This document shows, piece by piece, positions 26,944-40,973 of a stretch of DNA of 64,000 bases (positions are counted from its first letter, which is position 1; the number at the start of each line of letters is the position of its first letter). The position numbers and the translations under genes are program-made. Under the pieces are notes generated by a model. That model did no database searches, was not told the DNA's origin, and worked only from the letters and a program-made list of their open reading frames with translations. Location: positions 682,001 through 746,000 of the forward strand of contig NW_027117351.1 of assembly GCF_038025025.1 (NCBI RefSeq), written 5' to 3'. Source of the stretch: Phyllosticta citribraziliensis (Eukaryota).

Positions 26944-28129
26944 GCCTTCCTTGACCTTTCGCTCTATCGTTGACTTGTATGACTGACGAGAGTGTTGCAG
27001 CCGCCAGTAGGAATGGAACAATCTTGATGAGTTGATACGGGAAGGTGCTCGCAGCCCTGAAGATGCCCAGCGAGTACTTTTGTCCGCACTCGATGGGCGT
27101 TTTTCATGAAGAGCCGGATTAAAGAGCTTGCCGGTAGAGTCAATTTCGAGTTCTGCACATCGTTTTCGTGCTGCCTCTCGAATCTGCATCTACGTGGCAC
27201 TTGCAGGTGCTCTTGCATCGGCTCTCTTTTGTGCTGGTCTTCGTCTTTTGTCCTCTAACCCCCCTTTGTTTTTTGAGTTGAGTTTCAAAGTTCTGACGAT
27301 TCGCAAGCCTGTGGGCCTTGACGCGAGTCTTCGGTTACAGCTCAATTTCCTCTGGTTGCATGGGCAAGGTGAAGGAGCATTGGTCGCCTCCATTCGCCAT
27401 CATGGATGAAGCCAGGGAGATGTCGACAGTTGCGCCTAGGGGTTGGGAGTTGGAACTCGGATGATCCTGGATACTCGACTGCCCTCATCCCTCGGCTTTA
27501 GTGCTTTTTTCCCTTTTTTCTGTCCTCCGGGAGACGCATGCCGTAATTAGCTACCTGGCTGCTTTTGCTTCGCTTGTACCAGATACCCCCACGCTGCAGG
27601 TAGATGATAGACAGAAACAAGTTTTGAAAAACGAAGAGGCAGAGCACGTGGTGGAGATTGCGACAAATGCAAAACGGACAAAGATTTGGCAAGGCACACG
27701 GCGCATCGGTCGCATCTGTCGCCGTGCGAAGAGCGTGGCAGCGGACCGTGGGACAGGGAAGCTTTGCAGGAGCCAACCACGAGAGCATCCGGAGCAGTCG
27801 GAAGAGCCAGGGTGTTCCGGCGCCATGGGTTGTACTGTACTGAATGCACCTAAACAGTAAAGGAAAGGGAGGAATGGGTGGAGTTGACGTCTGTCTTACG
27901 GCCGGCTCCCCACCAGACGGACAAGAGACACAGACAGCTCAGCACAGCATCAACTAACGGCGGTAGCGCGAGTGATAGAGCGAGCAGCGCAATCAAGTTC
28001 CATGGCGCACGCACGGCCCTCGGGCGGCTGCGGTGCAATCGTGAGTGGCTTGAGGCCTCAACCATCGCATCGCATCACTCTTCCGCCTCTCTTCTTGACT
28101 GTGACGACCTTATCCCACCCCATTCCCTC

Positions 28130-30365
28130 ATGAGCGAACCCACGATCCCACAAACAAAGCCCCCGGGCCCCTTGTCCGCCGCCCTGGCCCTGGCCCTGGC
28201 CCGCGACGACCACAACGACAACGACCACGACCACCAACACGAACCTGAACTCTCTCCGCCTCGGCTTCCGCCTCCGCCTCACCACGACCCAACTTCAGCC
28301 GCCCACCCTGCTGAACCTGCAAACGCAAACAGAGCCGCAACCACCGCCCTCTTGAACCCTGCCGGCAAGCCGCATTCCCGCTCGCCCTCGGCCGCCCGCC
28401 TGTCGCTCCAGACCGACTTCACCTCCATCCTCCCTTCGAATGCTACGCCCTCCATCGTCAATACCCTCGCTGCCGACGTCCCACAACCTCACAGCTCCGC
28501 CGCCATGGACATACAACATCACCAGCACCACCAGCCAAAGGGCCTCAGTTCCGCCCTTTCTGCCGCCAGTCTAGGCAGCTCGCTCTCTCCAAGCTCCGCC
28601 ATTTCCTCGCCCGCCTTGGGTGCTCTCACCGACATCACGCCTCTGCCCTCGCCGCTCGTCGGCGGCGACTCGCCGGGCCCGTGGCGCCGTGCCACCGTTT
28701 CGCGACCAGAATCCCGCGGCTCGTCGGGTGCTACCCGAGAAGATTGCCTGTCAATGCTGTCGACGGGCACCTTGTCGCCCTCGCGCACGCCCTCGCGGAA
28801 AAGCAAAGGATACTCGGGGCTCATGACCGCCGCTGTCGAGGCGCACAGCGCCAACATGCAGGCCGTTGAGAAAAATAGATCAACCCACGCGCGCCATCGT
28901 AGTCTGAGCGAGTACCACCCCGATCCGCTGCACAACGCGCGGCCACGCCATGTCACCATATCAAATCCCAACAGCACGGCAAAGGAGCCGGTCGCCGAGG
29001 ATGCCGTACCTCAGTCGCAACTGCACCGCGAAGAGTACCTGGCAGCGCAGCGCGGACTGGCAGCTGCGCCTTCTGTTGCCTCTTCGAACGCGAGGACGCT
29101 CCCTACACCTCCCCCCAGCAATCGCAGTTCTACCGAGAGCGAAGAGGAAGATTTGAAAGACCAAGACATGGATATCGGATACTTGTCTATCAAGCATGAT
29201 AACGGCAAGAGGAAGCTCTACCGTCCGCTACGCGAACTCGGACAAGGCGCCTTTAGCAAAGTCATATTGGCCACCCGAGAAAAGATCACGTCCAAGGAAC
29301 CGCCACCCGAATCGCAGCTCAACCCGAAGAAGCTGGTCGCCATCAAAATCGTCGAGCATGGACCAGCCGGAGGTGCCGATGAGGCAAGAGTCGAGATGAC
29401 CCTTAAGCGGGAGGTAGAGGTTCTGAGATCGATTTCGCATCCTTCCTTGATCCATCTCAAGGCATTCGACTTCGACGACCAGCAAGCCTTGTTGGTACTA
29501 AACTACTGTCCCGGCGGCGATCTATACGAACTGGCCGACAAGAACCGAGAACGCATCACACCCGCCCTGGTCCAGCGCTTTTTCGCCGAGCTTGTTGGTG
29601 CCGTACGACACTTGCACAGCCAAGGCATCGTCCACCGCGATATCAAACTCGAGAGTAAGTTGCCCCTGCTTTCATGTGCCAACGCAATCACTGCTTGGCT
29701 GAGACGCTGAACACGGCAATCTAGACGTCCTCCTAAACGTCCCCGTCGACTCGCTGTCCTCGATCCAAAGCCCCCAAACCCATCCCACTGCCCTCCTGAC
29801 CTTGACCGATCTTGGGCTCTGTCGTAGAATCGACTTGGCCAATCCGACGCTCACCACACGCTGTGGCTCAGAGGACTATGCAGCGCCAGAGATTCTGCTT
29901 GGTCAGCCATATGATGGCCGCGCTACTGACGCCTGGGCTCTCGGCGTGCTGCTGTATGCGCTCATGGAAGGCCGTCTCCCATTCGATCCTCCGCCAGGAA
30001 AGGGCCGTGGACGGAGTAGGACTGTCCACCGCATCGCCCGCTGCGACTGGCTGTGGTGCGCATTCGGCAACGATGATGGCGAGTGGGACCCTGAAAAGCC
30101 CGAAACAGCCCCCTGGACAGGAGCTCGCGAGGTAGTCGAAGGCTTGCTCAAAAAGGTTAGCCGCGGCCGCAAGACCCTCGACGAGGTGGTCGAAATGGAA
30201 TGGGTCAGCAACGGCCTGCAAATCGCGGGCGGGGTGCTCAGGCGGCTGGACGAGGACAGCGATTCGGAACGGAGTGGGAGTACCGATTCAACCATGCTGG
30301 ACGCCGCTGCTGCCAACGAAGCCGGTGGCGCAGCCGGTGAAACGGCGTCAGATGCGGCCAGATAG
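28130..30365 (+). CDS. Ser/Thr protein kinase, CAMK-like (Prr1/Ppk27-like)
   Basis: Exons 28130-29654 and 29725-30365. Motifs LGQGAFSKV, VAIK, HRDIKLEN, DLG (in place of DFG), TRCGSEDYAAPE and DAWALGV. The start codon is uncertain (28130 or later). Confidence 0.9.
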
Positions 30366-32246
30366 CCGCTAGTGAGGCGCTCCTGGGCCAGGTTTCGCGT
30401 GTCCTGTCGTCGTCTAATGGTGAGGATGTCTGCGCGACTTTCTGCCATGTTTGGTCCATGAGGCTTTTTTCGTCTTGTGTTGTTGTTGTTGTCCTTTCTT
30501 CTGGCGCTCGTTTCACGCTGTCGGTCCCTTTGGCTTGCTGTCATTTTGCTGCTGCTGCTTCTTCTTTCTTTCTCGGGCGTTCAGAAGAGAGACATATTCT
30601 CTTGATTGCCACAGACGTCACCGTCTTGTTTGGCCTTGGGTTCCTCAGCCACTCCCACCACCACCATACCTCTTTACAACACTAACTTTTTGGCCGCTTC
30701 TTCTCCCCAGCTCCAACTTCTTTCTCTCCCGGTTCAACACTACTACAAGTACTATTATACTCTCTTCATCCCCTTTTATCAAGATACCACGGGGCCATCT
30801 TCTTTCTCTCCCCCCTTTCTCTCTCTCTGTGCGCACGCAACGGGAACTTCGAAAGAGAAAAAAAGGCGCACGCCATGTTGTTCTTCTAACCCTTCCTCTC
30901 TGCTTCTGCTTGTCCTTCTCTTGTAATGCTTCTCTCTTGCACCAAAAGAGTCGTTTCGTCTCGATCGTTCTTGTTGGCGCCCTTTGTCTACTACGTACGG
31001 CTCGTTCGATTCTTTTCTGTTCTTTCGCTCCATACGTCGTTGGGTCGCTTGGGCGCGCTTGGTCTGGGTGTTTGGCTTCTTTTTCTTCTTGCTCTTCCTT
31101 CTTTCGCTGCCGCGGTGCCCCCCGTTGTCACTTGACTCTGCCGTCTTCTGTCTGCTGTCTGTCGCTTGGTGCTTGTGGCTGTAGCAACAATCGTTTTCTC
31201 CCTCGCTCACTCTTTTGCTCCGTCGTTCTCTCTATCCAGTCTGCCAGTCAGTCAGTCAGTCAGTCAGTTAGTCAGTTAGTCAGCCAGTCAGCGGTGGTAC
31301 GCGAGCAAAGCTTCTTTGCAACGGAATTACATGACCCGGCCTGGCCTGGCCTGCCTGAGGCGCTCTGCTGCTGCTGCTGCTTGTCTGCCCTTGTCTGATC
31401 TTGTTCTGCTGCTGTCTTGTTGGCTTGCCCCTTGCACTCCACTCTGCTTGGCCAACAACTTGACGCGGCACCCACCCGCTCACTCCGTCTCTGTACACCC
31501 CACCACACTTTTTCCCTCCCTGCGCAGCCCCGCGCCTGGTCAGTCCTTCCTTTAGACTCCAGTCCCCGTCGGTCAATCATCGACATCTTCGTCGAGGGCA
31601 GGTAGGGGATAAGTAAGCTAGAGTGAGCTGGGGCAGGGCAGCCCAGGGCAGCGCAGGGCAGCGCGTTGTGGCTCTATTTGACAGATGGCAGATGGCGGAT
31701 GGGGCACTGTGACATGTACTTGTATTCCATGTCTATCGTGCGTCATGCGTCGTACAATTAAATCCTACACTGAGATGTTGAGGCAAATATATACACACAC
31801 ATATGCGAACGTGCATGTGTGCAGTAACGGCATAGGATGGTGCTGAGATGAAGTGAGAGAGGAAGGAAGAAGGAAGGAGGGAGGAGGGAGGAGAGTGAGA
31901 GGATAGAAGGAGGGGGGGTAGAGTAGCTGGAGTGATGTCTGGATATGTGGCGTGTAGGGTTGGAAGCGTGTTCTGCGGATGATGGGGGGTTTCGTAACCT
32001 CCACACGTCTATATATCTGCGAATGTGCCGACTCCCTTCTTACCAAATAACCGAACGAACAAACGAACGCAACATGGCAGCCAACGGGCAAGAGATTATT
32101 CATTTGATCAATCGCTTTATACTTCTATCGATTTTTCTTTAGCTTCCCATCCCAAAAGCCTCCCTGGTCCACCACGCCGAGCAATGCATGCATACATCTT
32201 CATCCATGCCTGCCTTCACTTACTCCTCACTCATGCGTCGTCCAAT

Positions 32247-34099
32247 TTAATCCTCGTCCCAGTTCTTGTTGGGGCCCGGCGGCTTGGGCCCGCCAGCCTG
32301 GCGCGCGACGATGATCTGGTCGACGGCGAGGACGGTGCGCGCGGCCTCGGTGGCCAGCTTGACGGCCCAGCTCTTGGCGACGAGCAGGTCGAGGATGCCG
32401 GCCTGCACGGCGTCGAGCACGCCGCTCTTGTCGTCGTTGTCGATGTCGACGCCCGCGGCCCATGACGCGGGCGATGATGCCTCCTCGGCGGACTTGCCGG
32501 CCGTCGCGTGTGCCGTGTACAGGCGCGACAGCACCTCGGTGGCGTCGAGGCCGGCCGACTCGGCGAGCGTGCGCGGCACCACTTCAAACGCCTCGCCGTA
32601 CTTCTTGATGGCGTACTGGCTGAGGCCGGGCGTCTTCTCGGCAATGGCGTTGAGGCGGTCGATGAGGGCCACCTCGGTGGCGCCGGCGCCGGGCACCAGG
32701 CGCGGGTCGCGCGTAATGGCCTTGACGACGTTGACGCCGTCGTCGACTGCGCGCTCCACGTCGTCGAGGTGGTTTTGCGTCGCACCGCGCAGCACCAGCG
32801 TCGCCGTGCGCGTCTGCTCGTTCTCCTGCCGGAACACGGTCACACGGTCGCCGCCGATTTCGAGCGTCTCGACCACGTCGACGGTGCCCATTTCGTCGGG
32901 CATGGGGGCGCCCAGGCGCGCCAAAGGAGTTGCGCCAACGACGCGGCAGAGGCGGCGGAGCTCGAATTTCGAGAGGACCTTGATGACGAGGATGCCGAAG
33001 CGGTTGAGGTAGTGGAGGGCCAGCTCGCCGACGGTGGAGCCGGCGACAATGACGCGCAGACCCGAGTCGTACAGCTCCTTGACAACCGTCTCGACCTGCT
33101 GCTCTTCGCCCTTGCTAAAGTCGAGCATCTCCTTGGCGTTATGGAGGAGCACCGTGCCCTTGGTTTCCGTCTGGCTAATGTCGATGGGGCACGAGAAGAC
33201 GCCGACCTTGGCCTTGGAGGCCTTCTTGACGCTGCCGTTGGGCTCACGGCCAAAGACCATGCCCTTGACTACCTTGCTCTGATCCAAGCTGCCGCCCATG
33301 ATCTTGACCACGCGAATGTTGTCGACGTTGAAGTTGACCGGGTTCTTGGGAAGGACGGCCAAGACGGCCTCTGCAACCATGTCTGCCAAAATATCCTCGG
33401 TGCCGTTTTGCTTTGCCGCAATGACCGTCCGGATCGCTTTGCTGAGCTGTGCCTGGTCTCTCATGTCCTCCACCTTGTCAACCACGAGTTCTGTGTTCCA
33501 AATCAGCCAAACCACCTCCTTTCTCGACCATGGCCGTCAGTGTTGATGAACCTACGCTCCAATAGCCTCAAAGCCTCAATCTGTGCCTTTTCGTATCCCA
33601 ACACAATGTCGCTCGTCTTGAGGCCCATCCGTATCAGCTCCTCGGCCTTCTTGAGCAGCTCGCCAGCCAGCACAATGACCAGGTTGGTCGCATCGCCCAT
33701 CTCGGCCTCTTGTTGTTGCGACGCCATGACGAGCAGCTTGGCGGCAGGGTGAACGACTTCGAGCTCGCGCAGGATGGTGGCTGCATCCGACGTCAAGATC
33801 ATCTTCTGGAGGTGGTTGACGACAATCTTGTTGCGGCCATAGGGACCCAGTGACGTTTGCACCGTCGACGTGATGGCGCGGCATGCATCGATGTTGCGGA
33901 TGACGGCGCCATCTTCAGCGTCGTAGCTGATGGACTGTCAGTAATGGCAAAGGGGTCAAGGGCGCTGCTGGGGTGGGAGTAGGAGCTCGGAGGTCGCTGC
34001 GGCGGACGGAGCGGGTGCGTAGAGACTGGAGGAGGCGTACTTCTGGTAGCCCTGCTTGAAGAGCCCAGCGTTGGGGGCGTTGGGTATCGAGAGAGACAT
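32247..34099 (-). CDS. CCT8: T-complex protein 1 subunit theta
   Basis: Exons 34099-34041, 33926-33556 and 33490-32247. MSLSIPNAPNAGLFKQGYQNYDAEDGAVIRNI, TSLGPYGRNK, GDATN, VPGAGATE and the C-terminal AGGPKPPGPNKNWDED. Confidence 0.98.
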
Positions 34100-34826
34100 G
34101 TTGGACGAGTTTGGCCGCTGCAACGTGTGGTTTGGGAGCAGGCGGGGTGTGCGGGCAAAAAGTCGAGCTGGTGGTCGTCAGGGCGTCGCGTTTGGGTTTT
34201 GGCAACTCCCGCCCCGTCGCGTCGGTCTGCAAGGCTTGGCGCCACCGCACCCCGCAACAGGGGGGCCCCTGACCGCCCTCGAATCGTCAGTCACTATATC
34301 ACTACATGTGTCTTGTTTGGATTTTGGCATTCATCCATTGTACTTGGGCTAGCCTTGCCTCGAGCTTACTCAATCTTTCCGCCTCCACATCCCCCTCAAA
34401 AACAAAAGATCAAGCGCTCGCACTGCTGTCATATCAAGAGAAACCGCCAAAGGAGAGGACAATGAAACCGTCTTGGAGGGAGATTTTGCACTGATCTAAT
34501 TACGAGAGGCGTCTCAAAATAGGAAAACGGCCGCCTCTCTTTTGCCAGCAAGGTGCCGTCCCATCTGTACAGTGGCGCCTTGCGACTTGGATTTAAAAAT
34601 TGTTTCCACCATGCCGGGTCCCACATAGAATATCAAGGAAAAGCCTGATGAAGGCGGTCAAACACTAAAGGAAAAGTTGAGCTTGGTAGTGGACAAGAGT
34701 AAAGGAAAGGTTTGAAGACAGGTATTGGCCGGGGTCTTGATATCAGGAAATTGAGGAAACCGTTGGAGGTATCGTGGCCGTTACAGAAAAAAACATGAAC
34801 CATGACTCCTCTAGCACAACGCCATC

Positions 34827-37800
34827 TCACGAAGCGCTGGCTTGTGTCCTAGTCTCCGGGTCGGTGTTGGCAGAGAGCATCGTGCTGGCGCCAATCGAGC
34901 TGGTCCGTTTGTGGCGTCTTGAAGAATGGTGGTGGTGGTGGGGCTTCTTTGACAGAGATCCAACATCATGTTTGCCTAGGCGTGTCTGTTAGTCATGGCT
35001 GCGGCAGGCGTGTCGATGGTGACTTACCATCGCAACAAGCCCGAACATTCTCCAGCCTATCAGCATCCCTCTCTTGGGCCTCAATCACCTGCCTCAAATC
35101 CTCGGCGGAGTCTTGAATGACGGAAGCATCGTAAATGGAGCCATTGCCAGCCGCACTGCCTGCATCACGGGTACCGAGCCTGCTGCGGCGACTTGAGAAT
35201 GAACCCCGAAGAGTTCCAGCTGGTCCAAACATGCCGCTAATGGTGCTCAACCGTCCCGACATGGACGACGGCGAAGGCGTGGCCAAAGTGCCACGTTCAG
35301 CCGCAGCACGGCGCTTGGTAATGGTGTCCAGTCTGCTCCGTCGAGGTGACGACGCCTTGGTGGTACGGCTGTTGTAGGACGACAGCGAGACGCGAGAGCG
35401 TCCAGTCATGCGAGAAGTGGTGCGACTGCCGTACGCAGGGTTGAATTCGCGCGCATCTTCGGCTGTAATGCTCCTATCATTGACACTTTCCTCGCCGTCG
35501 CGCTCTTGGCTGGTGCGCAAGAGCAGATACGAGAGGGCGTTGAACCAAGTCTCGTGCCTCTGGCTCGTAGTGGCGGTGAACTTGACGTAACGGCCAGGCG
35601 TGATGACAATCAAGCTTTTGCGGTGGAGGCCTGGCGGGTACGGGTTGTCGTCGTTTTCGACGCGGACGTCCTCGATTTGCACACTCTTGGCCTTGAGCTG
35701 GTTCTTGCCAGCAGTCGCTGGGTCTTGATCGCTCCAGTAGAGCGTCCTCGTGTAGGGGTGGACCCAGAAAAAGCGTCTGTGACGTTTCTCGGACATATCC
35801 TCGCGTCCAGCCTTGCGAGTGTATTTCCACAAGTACTCGCCAATCATGGTCTGCGTGATGGCTTGGATTATGCGAGGATCCGTGGTCGAGTCAGCTTCAC
35901 GCCCAATAGGATTGACGGGAATGTTGAAGCGTTGATCGATCTCGGATGCGAAAGACGAGACGGATGTACGGCGAGAATTGGGGGACGAGACTTCGCTGCG
36001 GTTGGCCTGCAAACGCGCACGAGGGGTGGTTCCATCCCTGACCGAATGCGGGCTCGCTGGACGAGTTCCCGAAACGCTCCCGCTGGGTGTGCGAGGTGGT
36101 AGTTGAGAAGCGTGCGAGCTGTTCTGGTTCTTGTACGCCGAAGCGGGTTTCACAGGCGGCCCCATCACCGACGGTGTCCGCGGAGTCTGCGGAGCCTTTT
36201 GAGAAAGGGCGGCAATTACTTCCTTGTGGTCCGAGGGAAGAGGTGGAGCTTCCACGCGCGCGCTGCGCAGACTCGAGGCGCTCGCAGGCTTGCGAGGCGT
36301 CTTGGAGTCCTTCTTTGGAGACCCAGGAGTCTTGCCCGTCAACGAAAGGCTTCTCGTGGGGCTAGGCGGTCCAGCGAGCATGATTGACTGATTGTCCTTC
36401 ATGAGGCCGTCGAGCTCTTCAGCAGAAATGAGGGTTTGAGTGCTCATCTCGACCATGGGTGACCTAGAGGCGACATCGTTCTCCGGGATAGACTGCAACG
36501 CCTCTCTTCCCTCTTGGGCGGGCGAGTCGTGACGGAAATCCCTCTTGTCTTCGATCGGTTCAACGTTGGCAACCTGGGCAGTTGTGATGGCCCGTCTTTC
36601 CTTGGCCATGATCTCCGAGTAGACCTTTTGGAAGGCCGCTGGATCAAGAACACCCGGCATGTTTGCTGCCTCGGGCTCCGTGTTCTTTGTGAGGATATTG
36701 GTGTACGACAAGGTTGGAGTCTTCTCGTCGGTCGAGTCAGTCTGCACTGCGACTGGCTTGGGAGCGGGACGTGTGACTGGCTCAATTGCCTGGCCTGAGA
36801 CCGCTGAAAACGTTGAAGGAATAAACCTGGGCGCCTCTGGGGAGACGGGAGCCGCTTGAAGGGAAGAGATTGACGAAAGTCGTAGGTCTGCAGGCTGGAC
36901 TTTGGGTGCTTCAGGAGAAACGGGGTCGGAATGCAGCCCAGAAATGGAAGAAATCTGCAAGTCGGCAGGCTTGTCCGCAACCTTGGGGATTGAGGCGAAC
37001 TCAGCAGCAATGGGCTCCGAGTGCAGGGACGAGAGCGGAGAGAAATGGAATGCGGGGCCCTTGGGGTTTTCCGCGGCGACTGGCTCAGAGTCGAGGGACA
37101 AGATGGAAGAGATATTTGAAACCGGAGCCTCCTTGGGTGCCGGGGTCTCTGGGTCAAGCGGATCTTGGGAGTGGTAGGATACCACGGATGAAAGGTCGTG
37201 GTTAGGCGTGACCTTGCGAGCAGTAGAAGGCGCCGTAGGCTCGGAGTGGAGAGAAGAGATCGGAGAAAAGTGGAAGGGAGGGAAGACGATCTGCGGTGCA
37301 CTGGGAACCTCGGGTTCAACGGGCTCCGAGTGTAACGCGGAAAGAGAAGAGAGCTGAAGCTCAGGTGTTGAGGGAGCTTCCGGTTCGACGGGCTCTGAAT
37401 GGAGGGCCGAGAGTGATGAAAGCTCAAGCTTGGGGTTTAGAGGAGCTGCCGGCTCGACAGGCTCGGAGTGCAAAGACGAAACCGAAGACAACTGCAGCTT
37501 GGCAGGGGCTTGGGTTTGAGGCTCGACAGGTTCGAATTGCAAAGTCGAGACCGAAGAAAGCTCGAGCTTGGGAGCAACAGGAGCTGCGGGGCCAACTGGC
37601 TCGGAGTGCAACGCCAGCAGTGATGACAGATCAAGTTTAGGGGGTGCAGGTGCGGCAGGTTCCACAGGCGCCGAAGTGAGCGAAGAGATTGCAGAGACGT
37701 CGAGATGTGCAAGTGTTGGTTCGACAGGCTCAACTTGTTGAGCATTCAGTTCAGAGATGCTCAAAGGCTGAGGTGAGACGGCCGGGGTCGTTGTGGCATT

Positions 37801-40227
37801 CAGCTCCTGGCCCTTTGTTGTCAGCTCGGGCTCCAGAGCAGATGGGGCCAACCCTGGTGTAGAGTCGCCTGTCTGCTCAGGTTTGGCCGATTCCTCCTGA
37901 TCCCTGCCGAGACCAAAGCCAGCAACACCAGAAATGGCGGCTCCAAGAGCAGCGGTAGTGCTGGAAACACGGCCAGATTCGGGGCTCAGTGGCTCCGTGT
38001 TCATGGACGAATCCACCATTGGTGGCCTTGCAAGAGATGCCTTGCGAATCAAAGCCTTGTCGGCTAGAGTCTTGCGAAGCTCCGGAGACTCTTGAGGAGA
38101 GATGATTGAGGCGCGACCCGGAGTACCAGGGTCACTACCAGTCTCTGAGGCTGCATCGCTGTCACGCTCGCTGAAGTTGCCGAGCTCAGCGAGGAGACTC
38201 TTGCCGCCGTCAGGCTCAGCTTGACTGCCATCACTCATGAAACTAGCTGAAGGCGACTTTGAAACGTGGTTGTTGAGCACCTCTGCAGCGCTACGCACAG
38301 AGCGACGACCGCCACGACTAATCTTGAGGCGATAGCGGGGCTGCTCAGTACGCGATGGCGTCTTGACCTCGACTTCGCTGTCGTCAACCTCATCGCCAGA
38401 AGTGGATGCAGTGCTGAGGTACGAGTGGCGGCCAGGTCTGTTGTCGCTCATACGAGAGTAGCGACGAGTGCGAATCGTTCCACGGTCAGATTCCTCAGCG
38501 TCGCTGTCCTCTTCGGTACTGGAATCACCGATTGTTTCTGCCCCTGTGTGGAAAGCATCCGTCTCAGTCGCCTCGTCGCGCTCATGGGCAGTTTCAAAAG
38601 CGTCGGAGCTTTCAGCGACTGTTTGAAGAGCCTCAGTGCTGGGTCTGGTAAACGAGGCGGAGTTGACGCGGCGACTAAAGGGGCTAATGCCGACACCACC
38701 AATCGAAGGTTGGGGTCTTCTACTGGGTGTTTCCGGCACGTCATGTTCGTCGTTGTCTTCCCAGTCACCGTCATCAACAATGATCTCATCTCGGGAGCCA
38801 CGGGCCATTCCCAGCCTGTCGGGACGGGGTGGCTTTTTGAACAAGTCTTGTTTCTCATTGGGCCGGCGTTTCTTGGAATTCGGGAAACCGTTGGCCGCTT
38901 CCTTGCGAGCAATATCAAGCTCATCCTTGGTTTCCTGCAATAATCTCCGAAGCTCCATCTTTTCCGTCTTTTCACGATGAATGTTGTTCTTGAGATTTTG
39001 AATCATTCGATGCGCGTGCTGCAGCGAGCTCTTCAGGGTCTCGGTCTCAAGGTGGCTGTGACGAGGAGTGAACTTTGTTGGTGAGGGTGGCGGAGAATGC
39101 TCAGGTGTGTCTTGGTCAGTGTCCTGATCCTCAGCATCGTGATTCGAGTCCCGTCCCGAGCCCGACTCTTCCAGCCGCCGGTGATAAGCGACTGCTTGAA
39201 CAAGCTCCTGGTTCTGGGAGATGAGTTCCTCAATCTTGTTTTGGAGCGCAGACCGTTCGGTTTCTCCCGAGGTGACGTTCCGGCGCAGTCCCATGATCTC
39301 GGCCTCGTGTTGCTTGTACATTGCTTGATACTCATCGTTGAGCTTCCCGTGGGCCTGCTTGAGCTCTTCAAGCTCTCGCTCAATCGATGCCTTTTCCGCA
39401 TTGCCAGAAGAGATGTTTTGGTTGAGGCGTTGTTCCTTGGCGATTGCCTGCTTTTGCTGGGTCGTGAGCTCTTGAATTCTCGTCTCCAGATTCCAATTCT
39501 CGTCCTTGTATCGCTGTTCGCTCTCGTCCAAAGCCCTGAGCCGTTGCGTCAATCCTTCCACCTCGACTTCCAAGTGCGACCGTTCGGCATTGACGTGCTT
39601 CAGCAGCTCGTCCTTTTCCGCCAAAGCAGCTTGCAGCTCCCTGACCTGATTGAGCAGAGAGCTACTGATTTCCGTGGCCAATTTGATGTCATGGATGCGA
39701 TTCGGCTGCTGGTTCCTTTGTTTTCTCGTCGGGACGCTGAGTTTCGAAGGAGAGGCGTGGGCTTCGCTGGAGAAGACGGAATTCCCCTCGGCGTCAAGGG
39801 AGGCATGGTAGCTTGGGACTCTGGTCTTTGGTATGAAGGCCCGCGCAGTGTCCTTGCCAACTTCGTTAAACTCGCGTTCGAGCTCAATAAGCTTTGACCG
39901 CAGCTCGGCGCCAACTTCCGCAGAGTCAGATTGCTGCTCGACCTCCTTCAAGCGCTCGCCGAGCTCCTTTCTTTGTTGCACCAGGATGGTTCCCAGCTGA
40001 GAAGCCTCTCGCAGTCTCCGCTCCGTCTCGGTCAAGTGTGCTTCGAGGGCGCGTTTGGTGGCCTGGGGCGAGCCGTCCGAGTAGACGGAAAATGTCTGCG
40101 TGTCGAAACTGGCATATCTCTTGCGCTGGGATTCTGGATTGTTGGAGGCAGCGGAAGGGCCGAAAGGGTCGGCGTCGCCTTCACCCTCGACACTGACAGC
40201 CTTGGAGGGCGAGGCCATTGTTGGCAT
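34827..40227 (-). CDS. apsA: Nuclear migration / cortical dynein anchor ApsA (Num1 family)
   Basis: Exons 40227-35028 and 34975-34827. N-terminal coiled coils, central repeats, a C-terminal Num1-type PH domain (IIQAITQTMIGEYLWKYTRK..RHRRFFWVHPYTRTLYWS) and ENVRACCDGKHDVGSL across the intron. Confidence 0.95.
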
Positions 40228-40973
40228 GGTATTGCCGGGGCGTCGAGAGGGCTCAGGACAAGAAAAGGGCGCGGGCAGTATCTATGGCGGCTTCGTGTGG
40301 AGAGTCGGACGGATAGCTGCAGCGGACAGTCGTGGAGCAGGAGTGGACGATGTTTCGTTTCAAGAAATTAGGTGGCGGTTGTAGCGTGCAAGGAAAAACC
40401 AAAAGAGCGTCGTTGTCCAGGCGGACTGTGGGGTGGGAACAAGGCGAAAGTAGAGCGCGGTAGCAAGGGCAGTAGTCGATTGAAGGTGCCGTGGGAGGCG
40501 GTAGGGAGAGAGGGGCGCCTTGGGCGGAGGTTGACGCCGTGAGTGAGCAGAGGACGACGACGACGACGACGACAACAACAAGGGACGCGGCGGGGAGGGT
40601 GGCGTGTCTCACTCGCGCCTCTGTTTGGGGAGAGGATTAGGTGAAGGCGACTCTGCGCATCGCTGGGAAGAGGAGAGATGCGCGCGCGCAGTCGGAGAGG
40701 AGGACTGGGCAAGGGTGCAGCCGGGGAGAGTTGAGGACCTGAGCGAGGGTGCCGGGCGATGATGAAGAGGGAGGGGGGCAGGTCCGTGTGTTTGTTATCC
40801 ACCAGCCAGACCGGGCAAGGCCCCAGCACCTGAACCACCACCCAACGGCGGCGGCTTTTGGCCCATTTGCATCTAGTCAAGGTACCGTACGGTCAATTGA
40901 GTCTTGTCTTGACGCTGCACGCTACACACACACGCTACACACGCGCTCTGCTCTGCTCTGTTCTACTCTCTCC

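Noticed and set aside
25924..27189. 421-aa minus-strand ORF
   Set aside because: Antisense to exon 2 of the hypothetical protein, with no independent features.
27878..28129. Non-AUG N-terminal extension of the kinase
   Set aside because: An open frame of 84 codons in GC-rich sequence is plausible by chance, and there is no supporting motif.
30451..31398. 315-aa hydrophobic/Cys-rich ORF
   Set aside because: Translation of the pyrimidine- and microsatellite-rich 3' region of the kinase gene; low complexity and not protein-like.
32266..33752. Long plus-strand ORFs (248 and 414 aa)
   Set aside because: Antisense shadows of the high-GC3 CCT8 coding sequence, with no motifs.
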